DNA of 64,000 nt from Sphaerodactylus townsendi (GCF_021028975.2 NC_059431.1:101928001-101992000), one strand, 5' to 3'; shown: positions 1-12,840, counted from the stretch's first letter. Numbers and translations: made by a program. The notes: generated from the letters alone by a model not told the origin.

Positions 1-240
1 GTTTGGAGAACTCTTCCAAATGAGTGGCGGACTCTAATCTGGTGAACTGGATTTCTTTCCCCACTCCTACACATGCAGCCTGCTGGGTGACCTTGGACTA
101 GTCACAGTTCTCTCAGAACTCCCTCAGCCCCACTTACCTCACAAGGTGTCTGTTGTGGGGAAGGAAAGGGAAGGTGGTAGTAAGCCTCATTGAGACTCCT
201 TGCAGCTGAGAATAAGCAGGGCATAAATCCAACTCTACTT
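1..240 (+). mobile_element. tRNA/CORE-type SINE (Squam3-like), 5' end cut by the window edge
   Basis: GCTGGGTGACCTTGG..AGTCAC core and CCTCACAAGG..GTTGTG motif shared with many copies in the window. Confidence 0.75.
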
Positions 241-701
241 TTTTTCTTGTAGAAAACCATAGTCATACCGATCGTGGTATCCTGCCTTGAGTCTCGGTGT
301 GAAAGGCAGACTGATAATATAAATAAAATATTGAGCTCTAGGATTTTTTTTTCTTAGCAGAATTTTATACGCCTGGCCACAAATACTTCCAGGCAATTCA
401 GATCCTTCACCTAAGGAAAAAAGTTAATTTCTGCCCTGTGTCCAAGGAGCAGCCAGGGCACCCACTTACCACGGCCTACAGTCCCACTTTCTGGTCCATG
501 ACCCTCACAAGGTGTCTCCCCAGGGCTGTCAAGACCAACTTGCAAGAATGCCATCTGCCAGCACTGCGCCCACTAGGGCTCCCTGGCAACCAGCAGGAGA
601 TGGGGTCAGGTGGGGAGACAGCAACTACAGGGAGACAGTGATCTTTATCAGGGCGCAATGGTGTCATTTCAAGTGTGACCTGGAAGCATCCGCATTGCAC
701 T

Positions 702-988
702 GAAGAAGGAGTTTGGATTTATATCCCCCTTTCTCTCCTGCAGGAGACTCAAAGGGGCTTACAGTCTTCTTGCCCTTCCCCCCTCACAACAAACACCCTG
801 TGAGGTAGGTGGGGCTGAGAGAGCTCCGAAAAGCTGTGACTAGCCCAAGGTCACCCAGCTGGCATGTATGGGAGTGCACAGGCTAATCTGAATTCCCCAG
901 ATAAGCCTCCACAGCTCAGGCGCAGAGCTGGGAATCAAACCCGATTCCTCCAGATTAGATACACGAGCTCTTAAACTCCTACGCCACT
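702..988 (-). mobile_element. Squam3-like SINE, near full length
   Basis: On the minus strand: A-box TGGCGTAGGAG, B-box GGGTTTGATTCCC, CORE-like middle, (CTT)n tail; near-identical to the copies at 5757 and 62269. Confidence 0.8.
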
Positions 989-1643
989 AGATGACACTCT
1001 AGCACTCACCCAAAAACTCTATGGTTCCCATAGAGAGTTACCCCAGTAAAATGCCTCTGCCTCCAGGTCGTGCCAAAAAAACCACCATCACACCCTGCCA
1101 AAGATCCCTGCACCCACTTTGCTGGCCTACCTCTGCCCGCTGACTAGATGAGTGTTGGGGGGCGGGAGGAGGGCATAAGAAAGAATGATCAGGAGAGGCC
1201 TTGGAAGTGGATCACTAGCTGGAAAAGGGGTGTGATAACCTCCAAGGGCCATTTGGCCCAAACAGAAAAAGTGAAGACCTATTTAAACCCTTTCAACCCC
1301 ATGGTGAGAAGGAGATGGTTGAGGCCGCTCCTATCCCCAGATCCACTGAAGAGAAAGGATGAGAAGAGACCTGCAGGAGGCACTTCAACAGGAAGAGGAG
1401 GACCAGTGTGCATGAAATCCCCGCCCCTCTCCATATCAGGCCTAAGGGATCTGAAGGTTAAGGCCCCTTTCCCAATAAGGGATCAGGAAGCGGCTCCAAC
1501 CACTGGACTGAACTCCTTTCTTCTCCACTCTGGTGTCCGTTGTGGCTCCACCCAGCCACATTTTCTGTGGCCCTTCTTCCATGCAGTAGGCCAGCATTAC
1601 CCAGCCCACTCACATCCTTCATAGATATGCACACTTTTTGTAA

Positions 1644-1895
<252 letters not shown>

Positions 1896-3065
1896 TAAGT
1901 ACATTTTTGCTAGGAAATCTCACGGCCACACTAAAAGCACAAGTATTTAAAGTAATTTTTTGGCCTTTTTGTTTTATAAACCGTTCCTATTCAGAAAGCA
2001 TCAAAACAATCCAGTGCTACATGGATCCAGTGCTACATCCAGTGCTACAGTCCCTCTTCATGAGGGACGTGAGGCTTTTCTACACAAGTTGTTGGATAGG
2101 TGCCTCGTCTCTGGCTTGGTCCCACTCATGCAGGATTAGTGGATGTGATCAATAAACTTCTGTATATGTCTTATCACCTGATGAATCATATAGGGTAGCT
2201 GATTGGTGTCCCACTGGAGGAAACCCCGAGTCTGCTTTTATACGGTAAAAAACGTCTCTTATCACTCTCGACATAGTTTGGACGTGCTGCTGCCACTTGG
2301 AACTCATTATGAAAATCGTACTTTGTTGACTCTTCATCACTTCAGAAGTAATCTGAGAATAAGCGTTAGCCTAGTTTGGGCGCTTTCTCTTTCCTCAAAA
2401 GCCACAGACTGCTCCCCCTGCCCCCCTGAGTCTGGAGCCAGATATCCACCTTCTGCCAAACAAGAGTCAAAATTCTGTCACAGCCTTTCCTTTGCAAAAC
2501 ACAACGATTTTAACTTCTGTGATGCATTACCAAGCGAGCCCTTTACTCCTTGAAGAAGAAAAACTAGCTTTTCAGGCAGAACTGGCATCGTGTTGAGCCT
2601 AAACATATGAGCTACGAGCCGGGAAATTCCCAGTTCAAATTTCATCTCAGTTGTGAATTAGCACAGTGACGTAAAGTGAGTCATTGGAGCTCTTTTTCCC
2701 AGGCCCACCACCCCTTTCTGCGTTGTGGTACAGTATTCTCACTTCGATTGCAGGGCTATTGACCAAGATTGCTAAGTTCATGTAGATGAGGTACTTTGAA
2801 CACTCACAAGGTAATTAGTAAGCAGCATTATCAGACACGTTTCTTCAGTTTCAGATTTAGAGATTTGTTCTACCTGATTTTGTCACAGTAGTCAATGTTC
2901 AGAACTAATGGCTTGGATCTAGACTAGCCCTTCCATGGGAATGTGAGCCCATGCAACAAAATCCCCCCTGTGGCAGTTCAGAATTCTCCCTGAAATCTTG
3001 TTCCTTGTGGACATGGGGCCCCCTAGGAACAGGTTGGGGTGGAAGTGGAGATTTGCAGTCTGGAT

Positions 3066-3212
3066 CAGGGGTCTGCAACCTACAATTTCCATCAGCCCCT
3101 GCCAGCATGGCCAATCAATAGCCCTGCAATCGAAGTGAGAATAACAAATTGGCCATGCTGATGGGATTTGTAGTCCATGAACATCTGGAGAGCTGCAGGT
3201 TGCAGACCCCTG
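3066..3212. mobile_element. Palindromic hAT MITE
   Basis: TIR CAGGGGTCTGCAACC; 8-bp TSD GTCTGGAT. Confidence 0.85.
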
Positions 3213-3330
3213 GTCTGGATCCAAGGTAGTAGCAACTACCACTGGTTTTTAAATCTAGCTGAAGTGTAATTTTGTTTTTTATTTAAAATGTAGTAAATAT
3301 TTTGACTTTTTCGCATATTTCTTTTTTTAA

Positions 3331-3477
<147 letters not shown>

Positions 3478-3945
3478 TAAAAGAAAAACAGCCAAAGCTC
3501 AATAGCCTAACATCCTGTTTGTGTATTGTGTACCATATTTTATTGCTAGGCTTAGGCAGACGAGGAAAGCACTCAGCACTTGGCAGGAGGGTTTCTCAGT
3601 ATAGTAGCAATTTATAATATATATTTTTAAGTTGGGGGCTGCTGTCAGCATGGAACTTGTGAATCGTTGACTGATGAAGCTCTGATGTTGTTGGTGTTCA
3701 TTCAGTATCTCTTGCAACATAACTTTGGCTGATCTTCTGGTTAAGAAGGGCCCAGAACAAAATAGGGCAACACAATTCCAGGGCAACAACACACACAAAA
3801 TACGCAGCATGAGCATAGCATCAAAATAGGAAATGTTAAAAAACTTTTAAGGAAAGCAGTTGTTTTTGCTGCTGTGGTAAATCTTACAACATCAGAACGG
3901 GTAAAGTAAAGGCTGTAAAACATTGATCCTGTGCAAACATTACGT

Positions 3946-4113
3946 CAGTGGTTCTCAACCTTCCTAATGCCGCGACCCTTTTATACAGTTCCTCATGTTG
4001 TGGTGACCCCCAACCATAAAATTGGTATATATAAAATATAAAAAGACAGTTTTCTGATGGTCTTAGGCGACCCCTGTGAAAGGGTCGTTCGACCCCCAGG
4101 TTGAGAACTGCTG
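3946..4113 (-). mobile_element. SPIN (Space Invader)-like non-autonomous hAT
   Basis: CAGTGGTTCTCAACCTTCCTAATGCCGCGACCC... and ...GGTCTTAGGCGACCCCTGTGAAAGGGTCGTTCGACCCC match recalled SPIN/URR1 ends; degenerate TSD CATTACGT/CATCATGT. Confidence 0.85.
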
Positions 4114-4670
4114 CATCATGTGCTCCTGGATTTTTTGTTTTTGTCTGCTATATTAAATGCTACCACTAGGTGGCGCCATGGCTCTACCAGATACTGCTCA
4201 GCATAGAAACTGCTTCAGGAACTGAAGAACTAGAATAGTGTCTGTGTTTGGAACTCTTTCTGTGCAGTTTTATACACCATTCCCTCAACTTTCAGTTGGA
4301 TGGACAACATTCTCTGAAGAGTTTAAAATAAAAATGCTCCCAGTTTACATCAGACGCAATGCAGGAACACAGCTATAGTAGCACACACTGGCTTGGAACC
4401 AGCAGAGGATTTCTGTGTGTGAAAGGGAGGGTGATTTTTACCATTTGCTCTTCCCTGCAGCCCAAAATTAACCCCTTTCACACTGTTCCTTGGGGTCCCG
4501 TTTACCTCTGGAACAGCATTTTGGGGAGCATCTCAGGCTGAGGGGTATAAATGGGGAAAGCTACACACTGTTGAGGCCACCCTTCTATCAGTGGGAACAA
4601 TTGCTGACTCTAAGCCAGTTTATATGTTCCAAATATCACTTTGGCACCATGTCAAAAGGACATGCTAGCC

Positions 4671-5020
4671 CAGTGTTTTCCAACCTTTTCGACATCACGG
4701 TACCCTTGACCTTACTCTTCATATCTTACAGTACCCTTGCCAAACCCCCGCCCCCCACCTTCCCCTCCAGTTCCCCTGTTTGCCACCAACACCCCACCTT
4801 CCCCTCCCAGGGTGAAGGGAAGCACGGGGCGTGGGGGTGGGTGGGAAGTGGCTGCTGACCTTGTGGCAGGCCCTGCCCCCTGGGCCAGCTCCATATCCTT
4901 GCTGGTGCTGACTGGAGACACTGCAAAAGTGAGGGGTGGTGGTGGTAGCATTGCCACGGTACCCCTGGGACATGCTCACGGCACCCCGGGGTACCAAGGA
5001 ACCCTGGTTGGGAATCACTG
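4671..5020. mobile_element. Non-autonomous hAT element
   Basis: TIR CAGTGTTTTCCAACC/GGTTGGGAATCACTG; perfect TSD TGCTAGCC. Confidence 0.85.
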
Positions 5021-5572
5021 TGCTAGCCTCTCCTTCCCACAGATGAGACCCACTAGAAAATGTAAGGCAATTGAGGTACAGTATTCTGGTAGAGTGAAAA
5101 ACCATGTTTGTTTAAACCAAATTTTTCATTTATAAGCTAGTTACTTCCTAAAACAAAAATGCATTTTAATTGGTTTCGATTACCATAAAAATACTTTTTC
5201 TAAAGCACAATAGAGTCATTGCGCACTCTCAGAGGGCTCACTAGTAAGTTTTTTCAGTATTTATCTTTTATTGTATTAGAATTGAAAATACAATACAGTT
5301 CTCTCTCTTGCTCATTCTCACACACTGTTTCTCATGCAATGTGTAGCCATGACAAGTTCTTGTAGACAGAGGCTAGTTTAAAATCCACACTGAGAGGAAT
5401 AATTTCTTTCCCGCATCTTCTTTCTGCTTTCTCATGCAATTGCCCTGCCCAACCCAGCAAAATTAGATTAGCTCAACCAGAAGAAGAGGCTGGTGTCAAT
5501 TCAAATTCAAATTGGAAAGTGGAAACCCATGCTCCTTGGTTCTAACTGGGGCAATAAGGTTATTTGCAGAAG

Positions 5573-5607
<35 letters not shown>

Positions 5608-5756
5608 TTGGTTATATTTTTATACCGCCCTCCCCCGAAGGGCTCAGTTGAGTATTTCCTAGGCATAAAATAGGAATAAAAGGTCATCTGGACATCTCAA
5701 TTGACAGCATTTCTGGTGAATTGCTGGTCTGTGGCCTCCAGCATGAAGCCAGAGTG

Positions 5757-6168
5757 AAAGAAGAAGAGGAGTTTGGATTTATATCCCCCTTTCTCTCCTA
5801 CAAGAGACTCAAAGGAGCTTACAATCTTCTTGCCCTTCCCTCCCCACAACAAACACCCTGTGAGGTGGGTGGGGCTGAGAGAGCTCCGAAAAGCTGTGAC
5901 TAGCCCAGGGGTCTGCAATCTGCAGCCTATTGGCCATACTGGCAGGGGCTGATGGGAATTTTAGTCCATGAACATCTGGAGAGCCGCAGGTTGCAGACCC
6001 CTGGACTAGCCCAAGGTCACCCAGCTGGCGTGTGTGGGAGCGCACAGGCTAATCTGAATTCCCCAGATAAGCCTTCACAGCTCAGGCGGCAGAGCTGGGA
6101 ATCAAACCCGGTTCCTCCAGATTAGAATGCACCTGTTCTTAACCTCTTAACCACTACGCCACTGCTGC
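5757..6168 (-). mobile_element. Squam3-like SINE interrupted by a hAT MITE at 5906-6003
   Basis: SINE sequence resumes after the duplicated target GACTAGCC. Confidence 0.85.
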
Positions 6169-6725
6169 GTCTAAGAACATAAACTGATTAGATTATTGTA
6201 TTCAGTTATTTCTTTAAACTGTAGTTTCACATGAGTTCTGACTTGAGCCTGGGATTGTTCTCGTTAGGTTGATGTGGAAGGTAATAAAATCTGCCAGTGA
6301 AGACTATTTCAGTTAATACTCACTCAATGATTGTATTACCCTGTATATGTTGGTGGTCTTTTGCAACGTTAAAACTGGTTCCTGGCTAAGGGCTGCCAAG
6401 ATACCTGTAACTGCGTAAGCTGGCATCACGCTGCTTTTTTTGGCAGGGTGCTACAGCTGTCTTTCACCTCTGCTTACGTCATCCTGCCTCTTAAGTTCCT
6501 TGGGGTGGGGAGACATTAAAAGTGTGTTGAAAGTCTATGACTTGCATCTCTGACAGGTCAGTCAGGTGTGGTAAAAATGTAAGCGCTTTAATCCAGTCAT
6601 TTCAAGTCCTGTTGAAATGATCTTTCTTTTAAAGTCCTGTGTGTCCCGTCCCCCGCCCCCCCCCCCCAAAGTTATCTTGTCATGAGTTTGCCAGTTCAAT
6701 AAAACCTGGGTTTTTTTCCTCCTAG

Positions 6726-6788
6726 GCAAATCGTACCTGCCCCATCTGCAGAGCTGATGCTTCAGAAGTACATCGCGATTCAGAATGA
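6726..6788 (+). CDS. RNF38: RNF38 last coding exon (ANRTCPICRADASEVHRDSE*)
   Basis: Polypyrimidine tract and cctag acceptor; completes the RING (CPIC); TGA at 6786-6788; C-terminus matches recalled RNF38. Confidence 0.96.
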   Translation, partial: ANRTCPICRADASEVHRDSE

Positions 6789-9700
6789 ACCGTCTAAGAG
6801 CACAATTCTACTTTGGGTGTTCCTACTCACATCTGTATATATCTATATATATGAACTCTCCATTGAACTTAACCTGTGGCTTCCAGCCTTCCCTTTTACA
6901 CAAAAAAGGGTCAATGGACCTTTCTTTGCACTGTGTGATTTAATCAACTATAAAGCTTATAATTAGTCTTCACAATTATGGGATTGTTATACTAACTGTG
7001 TGATTGGAACTCCAAAGATGTTTTTTTTTCCTTCTAGCTTAATTTTGTGTGTGCACTAACATTCCCTGGTTTTTGTGTGATCATTCCGAGTGTTGCTGCA
7101 AGATTACCGTGGAAGTGATCTTCTAGCATGTGCTTTTATTAAAAAAAAAAGAGGGGAAAAAATAGGAAAAAAATGTGGTAGCTCCAAACAATATAGCAAT
7201 CTACCTTATATAGAGCCTTCAGATACTGTGAGTGGGAGTACATGGTGCGGGAGGGTGCGTTGATCGCAGGGTGTATGTGTGTATGTGAGCACGCGCAAGT
7301 GCTTGAGTGGAAGTGTGCGCGCGAGAGAACTTATATACCAGCATGTACTGAGGATGTGTGTGTGTAGTATTAATTATGCTGCAATGTATAATCTTGTGTG
7401 TTATTTAAACAGTACTAGTACTGTACACTGGTTTCTTTCCTTGCGTTTGGCAGTTGCGCACTGAATGCTAAAGGGGTGCAGCAATCATAGGCATTTAATG
7501 TTTCATCTCCCCCCACCCACACACACTCACACACACTATGTAAATAACATTAAAAGGCCTCTGATTTTATTTTCAGACACTTCCTATGCTTCCTGCCGAT
7601 TGGAGATCTTGCCTCATTATAGACAGTCTATTGACTTCTCAGATCTTATTATATACCTTTAGTCAGCCTTGTTTCTAGGCTGCTGGAATTTCCAAGTTTC
7701 AATATTTTGCAGGCTCACTGTTAACTTTATAAGGGTTGCAGCATTGCACAATCAAGAAGCAATATTACTTAGCAGCTCATTGAAAGAATGCTAGTCTTCT
7801 CAACCTTTTTTTTAAAAGTCCTTCCAACCTGTCTCGATTTTTTAAGTTGATGTTTGAAGCTGATTTTTTATTTGAGATACTGAAAATGCACTCCTTCAAC
7901 ATCCCCCCCCCCCTTATTATAAATCCCTGGAAACAGATGATCCTGAAAAGCCGTGTTCAAATGCTGCTTGTATTGTTAGCCCATATACCTGCTAAATACA
8001 TGGTTTAGCGCAGGGGTAGGGAACCTGCGGCTCTCCAGATGTTCAGGAACTACAATTCCCATCAGCCTCTGTCAGCATGGCCAATTGGCCATGCTGGTAG
8101 GGGCTGATGGGAATTGTAGTTCCTGAACATCTGGAGAGCCGCAGGTTCCCTACCCCTGGTTTAGCGTATGAACCCTGGTACTAAAGTCACATTCCTTGAC
8201 ATACGCAGGAAACCTTAGCTACAGTTAACTTAATGCAAAGGTTATTGAGCTTAAAAGCATATAACCTCATGAGTGAAACAGAACTCTTAGCACTTCGTTA
8301 TAGAGGTTGAACACGTGGGTCATCCAAATCGCTCTTTACTGCCTGGTAAAAAAATGAGATAGGATAAGTTTCTCTCTTGCCCTACTTGGCAGATGGGATT
8401 TGTGTGATCCCCCCCCCCCTTTCTTTCAGACATCCTCTATGTCATATGGCTAGAATGAAGAATATTCATGTTTAGGAATGGGCTGGTATATGAAATCAAG
8501 GAAAACAATAATAAATAAATGCTGTGAACCTGGAGTTGATCTCCTTTCGACTGCCTTCTCCATAATGTATTGGGGGGGAGGGGGAGGGGGATGGCATCAT
8601 TTAACATTTCAGACTGTTTGTGCTTTTAGCGGCTTTTTAAAATACGTAAACGTCTACACATGACTAATAGTTATCTAAGAGATGCACATTTAATTTTTGG
8701 ATCCTCTTGCTTTTTCCCCCCCTTTTGTTCCTGCACCACAGTTTTTGGTTGCAACAGCACAAGCTCCACAGCTGCCAGTTCTGTGTCCTTTCCAGTGCTT
8801 TTGTGTACGCTGCTATTTCAGTCTGTCTGTTCCTCCAGAGCCACGTTTGCAGTTCTCTGTGCTGAATTCCTCTTCTTTCGGAAGGCTCTGCCGATCAGCC
8901 ACAACTCGTGGTTCTGCAAAATTTTTTGAAAAGCACAATTTTTTTCCTCCCTCATTTCAGATACTGTTTGCCTCTGTTTAGTATCTGGGACACCTCATTA
9001 TCTGTCCATAGTATTACATACTCGAGAACACTAACCAAGCAAATGAAACCATTTTAACATACTGTGTATGACCGATTTACCAATGTTACCATTTCCCCTC
9101 CGCGCGTTCCAAGAAATTGTATTGACATGTCAAAAAGCAGGTTAAATTGCACATAGTAAACTTTTATTTTTTTAAGCAAACAAAATCATGGGTTTGGGAT
9201 GTGTGGGGGGAAAGGGTATGACACACACGTTTTACAGTAGTTTGGGTCTTTTTATATTGCTTGGGGAAGGGGGGGGGAGATTTTTACCTGTACAAATCTT
9301 AATTCCAAAATTACCCACTCAGTGTCTGCTTTGTTAAAGCATGGAAATAAGGCACTTTCTCTAACAAATTGACAAGGCACATAATATGCTGTTCTGAGAA
9401 GGTTCTTAGCCATAACCTGGATCCATCCGCCTTGCTGTGTAGCATCTTGCCCCTACATTCCTGGTTTCCCTTGAGCAAGACAGTTAGTGGAGGAGTAGGG
9501 AAGCAGTAGGGGTTAATTTGATAATATACTGAACCTGATCCTTGCACTCCCGTGGCTGATCTCTTCTTTGATTGGCCTTTGTTTGCATGAAACTCTTGCC
9601 AGTGTGTGCAGAACTATTTCCTGTGGTTTAAGAGTGTTATAAGATGCACACGTTTGTGTGTGTGTTGTGTGTGTTCTGAGCCGGCTCAGGCTGGCTTTGG

Positions 9701-10477
9701 CAGAATTCTGAAACCATTACTGCTGGAAGGAGCAGGGCGGGCAAGGGGACTCATGCTCAGCAGTTAACTGCCATGCGTCATATGCACATCTGTGTGTCTG
9801 ATTCCACAGCCCTTAATGGTACCTGATGGTGCCAGATTGTATTGGGTTGCCTGTTCCCCAATTCCCTGCCTCCCCTCCTAAAGGAAGGGGAAAAAGCTGC
9901 ATTATCACGTTGGCACTGCTGTGGGTCTTTTGTTTGGCATGAGTTTGTCAACTTAATTTAACTTTTCCCCCCCTCTAGCTTTTTAAAACAAATGGGTATT
10001 ACAGACCTTGTGTATATTTTCTAAGGTCTCACTTCGTGGCTTTCTTTACAGATTATTATTTTGTGCAAAGTAGTTTTCTTTTGTATAGGGGTTGTTTTTT
10101 TGTACAGTCTCCAGAATGTGATTTTTGTCGCAGCTGTTAACCTTTACACCTCGTGTAATATTTGGGATTTACCAACTTCTTCTTATTTGCTTTTTGAGAA
10201 CACAATACCAACTCTGTTAGGCCTTTGAAAGACAGCTGTGGTTCTCTCCTTCTCTGCCCCTCCCTGGTACCTTCAGTTACCTCATTTTGCTATTTTGTGT
10301 TGCAAATTTGCTAATGATTATGAAAGTTTATGGGTTTTGTTAGAATCCTATTTGTCAAGTGTTTTCTTTTTAAAAAAATCATACCCCATTGTATCATTTA
10401 ACATGTAGTTTTAAATGTATTATAAATATCTGTAACCAAATCATTTGAAGGCTTGATAAATTTTTAACAAAATTTGT
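6789..10477 (+). other. RNF38: Probable long RNF38 3' UTR; end not resolved because it runs into an assembly gap
   Basis: Repeat-poor, AT/T-rich sequence after the stop; Pumilio-type TGTANATA at 6834-6841 and 7539-7546; only one TE insertion seen in about 3.7 kb. Extent is inferred. Confidence 0.6.
8011..8158. mobile_element. Palindromic hAT MITE inside the presumed RNF38 3' UTR
   Basis: Almost fully self-complementary over 148 bp; perfect TSD GTTTAGCG. Confidence 0.9.
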
Positions 10478-10615
10478 NNNNNNNNNNNNNNNNNNNNNNN
10501 NNNNNNNNNNNNNNNNNNNNNNNNNNNNNNNNNNNNNNNNNNNNNNNNNNNNNNNNNNNNNNNNNNNNNNNNNNNNNNNNNNNNNNNNNNNNNNNNNNNN
10601 NNNNNNNNNNNNNNN
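10478..10615. other. Assembly gap
   Basis: Run of N. Confidence 1.
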
Positions 10616-10837
10616 CTTCTCGCATCTTGTGCGCAGCTTCACTAGCAATTAATGAAAACACACAAAGTTTTAAAAGTTTTTTTAAAAATTTAACGAACAC
10701 AAAAGTCATCAATGTATGTCAGAAGAGCGTTAAGAGATGGAGAAAGAACTTCTGAAGGGAAAAACAACTTTAATTCAGTGTAATGTTGCAGTAGGAAAAA
10801 CAACAGCAGTTAGTATGGGCCAGCATGGCTCCCATTA

Positions 10838-11306
10838 CAATGGAACCTCGGTTTTCGTTGGTAATTAGTCTGAAAATAATTGATGAAAACTGAAACTGAT
10901 GAAAATAGAGGCAAACTTTTCCATAGGAATCAATGTAAATCCAATTAATCCGTTCTAGGCAGTCCAAAAAACATACCAAAAACACATTTTTGGGTGAATA
11001 AACATAGTGTTTAATGCCGAAAACAGTAACAAACAATAACACGAGGACCAGCTTCAGAGCCAGTGGAACAATGTGGCACTAGAAAGCTGTCCAAACATCT
11101 GTTTCTGACGCCTCTTTAAGATTTGTCTGAAATGGGGCAAGACATTGTCATTAAACAAGCTGCAGACACGGCCTGCAACAGCTTTGTCCGGGAGATTTTT
11201 CTCCACAAACCCCTGCACCTTACTGCAAATCGATGAAAACGGAGACAAATTTTTCACTGAAAAAATCGATGAAAACCGAAACCGATGAAAACCGAAGTTT
11301 CAACTG
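10838..11306 (-). mobile_element. Tigger/pogo-like (TcMar) deletion derivative with a transposase C-terminal remnant
   Basis: TA flanks; TIR CAATGGAACCTCGGTTTTC/GAAAACCGAAGTTTCAACTG; minus-strand peptide FVEKNLPDKAVAGRVCSLFNDNVLPHFRQILKRRQKQ resembles Tigger transposase C-termini. Confidence 0.75.
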
Positions 11307-11420
11307 TATTCCCTATGGGCAAGAGTGCCTTTCAGTATTCTCTACAGGTGATTGTGTTTTCCATTATTTCCTTTGGGCAATCATATATTGTCAATGGGCA
11401 ATTGCTGTCCTTAAGTTTTA

Positions 11421-11640
11421 ATACATTTCCCCCCCCCCCCAACAGAAACTTTGTGAGGTAGGTGGGGCTGAGAGAGTTCAGGGGGAATTGTGACTAGCCC
11501 AAGGTCACTCAGCTGGACCTAGGAGTTGGGGAACAAATCTGGTCCACCAGATAACCGTCTGCCTCCCATGTGCAGTATGGGGACTCTAAACCCGGTTCTC
11601 CGGATTAGAGTGTACCTATTCTTACCCACTACACCAGGGT
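11421..11640 (-). mobile_element. Squam3-like SINE, diverged
   Basis: GTGAGGTAGGTGGGGCTGAGAGAG...GTGACTAGCCCAAGGTCAC core. Confidence 0.7.
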
Positions 11641-12065
11641 GGTCCGCCAAGTACAGTGTGCACTTTTTTACATAGATGTATGCACTGAGTGCTTCTCATG
11701 TTCCATTCAGGGCATGTGCAGCTCAACGTAAGAGATGAAAACCGCGCACACGCATTCACTGCGAACACGGTTATTAACCCCTCTCCTGCGGTCCCCTGCT
11801 TGCTGATCCCGGTCCTTCGGGCTGCCCAAGGCGACGCTCAGCTCTTCGGCAGAGCCACAGCCCCAGGTCAGAGTCCGCCACACACCCGAAGGCGCCGCAG
11901 TTGCTTGGTGCCCAGCAGTGTAACTCGGCTGCCACCGCCCCACTGCACGCTTTTATTTGCGCGCCGGACTTCCCATTCGCGCCTCCACCTTTCTGGCGCT
12001 TCAGCTCCGGCAGGGGCTCAACCCGGGCCCTGCTCAGCCGCCCTGACGGGCTCCGAGTGGGCTGG

Positions 12066-12449
12066 ATGGCGGGGCTGGGGCCGGGGGCTTCCCCGGGCGG
12101 CGCCTCCTGCGAGCTGTGCGCGGCGCAAAAGCAGCCCGGCGCGGCGGCGGCGTGGAGTTGCCTCACCTGCCTGAGTTCCTTCTGCGGGACCCACGCGCTG
12201 CCGCACCGGAGCGGCGGGGATGGCGTCGGTGCGGCTTTCCGCGGGCACCGGGTGCTGCCGGCCGGGGAGGCGGCGCGGGAGCTGCGCGCTCTGCGGGATC
12301 GGGCGCAGCGGTGCGGCCACCACGTTGGGCGCCCCTTGGAGCTCTTCTGCGAGGACTGCGCGCTCTGCGTCTGCGCGCTCTGCCCCGCGCTGGGCCCGCA
12401 CCGCGGCCACCGGGTCGAGCTCGTGCCCCAGGCGGCCAGGGGGAAGCAG
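12066..12449 (+). CDS. TRIM14: TRIM14 exon 1 (B-box1 + B-box2, no RING), in a CpG island
   Basis: ATG at 12066; CELC..CLTC..CGTH..H..H, then [26 protein letters not shown] (human recalled as [24 protein letters not shown]); donor CAG|gtaagg; 384 nt. Confidence 0.9.
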
Positions 12450-12840
12450 GTAAGGGAGGGTATAAGATGGGGCGGGGGGGGGGGGGCTCCCAAAGGGCTT
12501 CCTCAACCTGGAAGAGAAGATTTGCGTTTTCTTTGGTCCAAACCAGCGCCCCTCATTTGAGCCTCCCTGTTAGGCACTCGGTGCAATTGGGAAAGGGGCA
12601 TTTCTCCAGCGAGAGGGCCAACTCTTTCTCCAGCCTTTGCTCCTGTGCGTCTCCAAACTGCAGTCCGGTTTCCTGCCACTAACCTGGGATGATGATGCTT
12701 CTTTCAGTGGCGTGGAAACTTTGGCTTGCAGGGCCCTGTCGGTTATCAAGCTGCAGTTCAAAGCGCAGGAGCAGGCCAGTGGCTCTTTCCTTTATGATCA
12801 GTTGGCACCCGAACAGTCGAGGATAGTAAATTCCAGAGGG

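Noticed and set aside
11901-12065. In-frame upstream extension that might encode a RING for TRIM14
   Set aside because: Starts at TTG and has no Cys/His RING pattern
11689-12682. Several long overlapping ORFs on both strands, up to 239 aa
   Set aside because: By-products of the stop-poor, GC-rich TRIM14 exon 1; only the frame from ATG 12066 has domains and a splice donor
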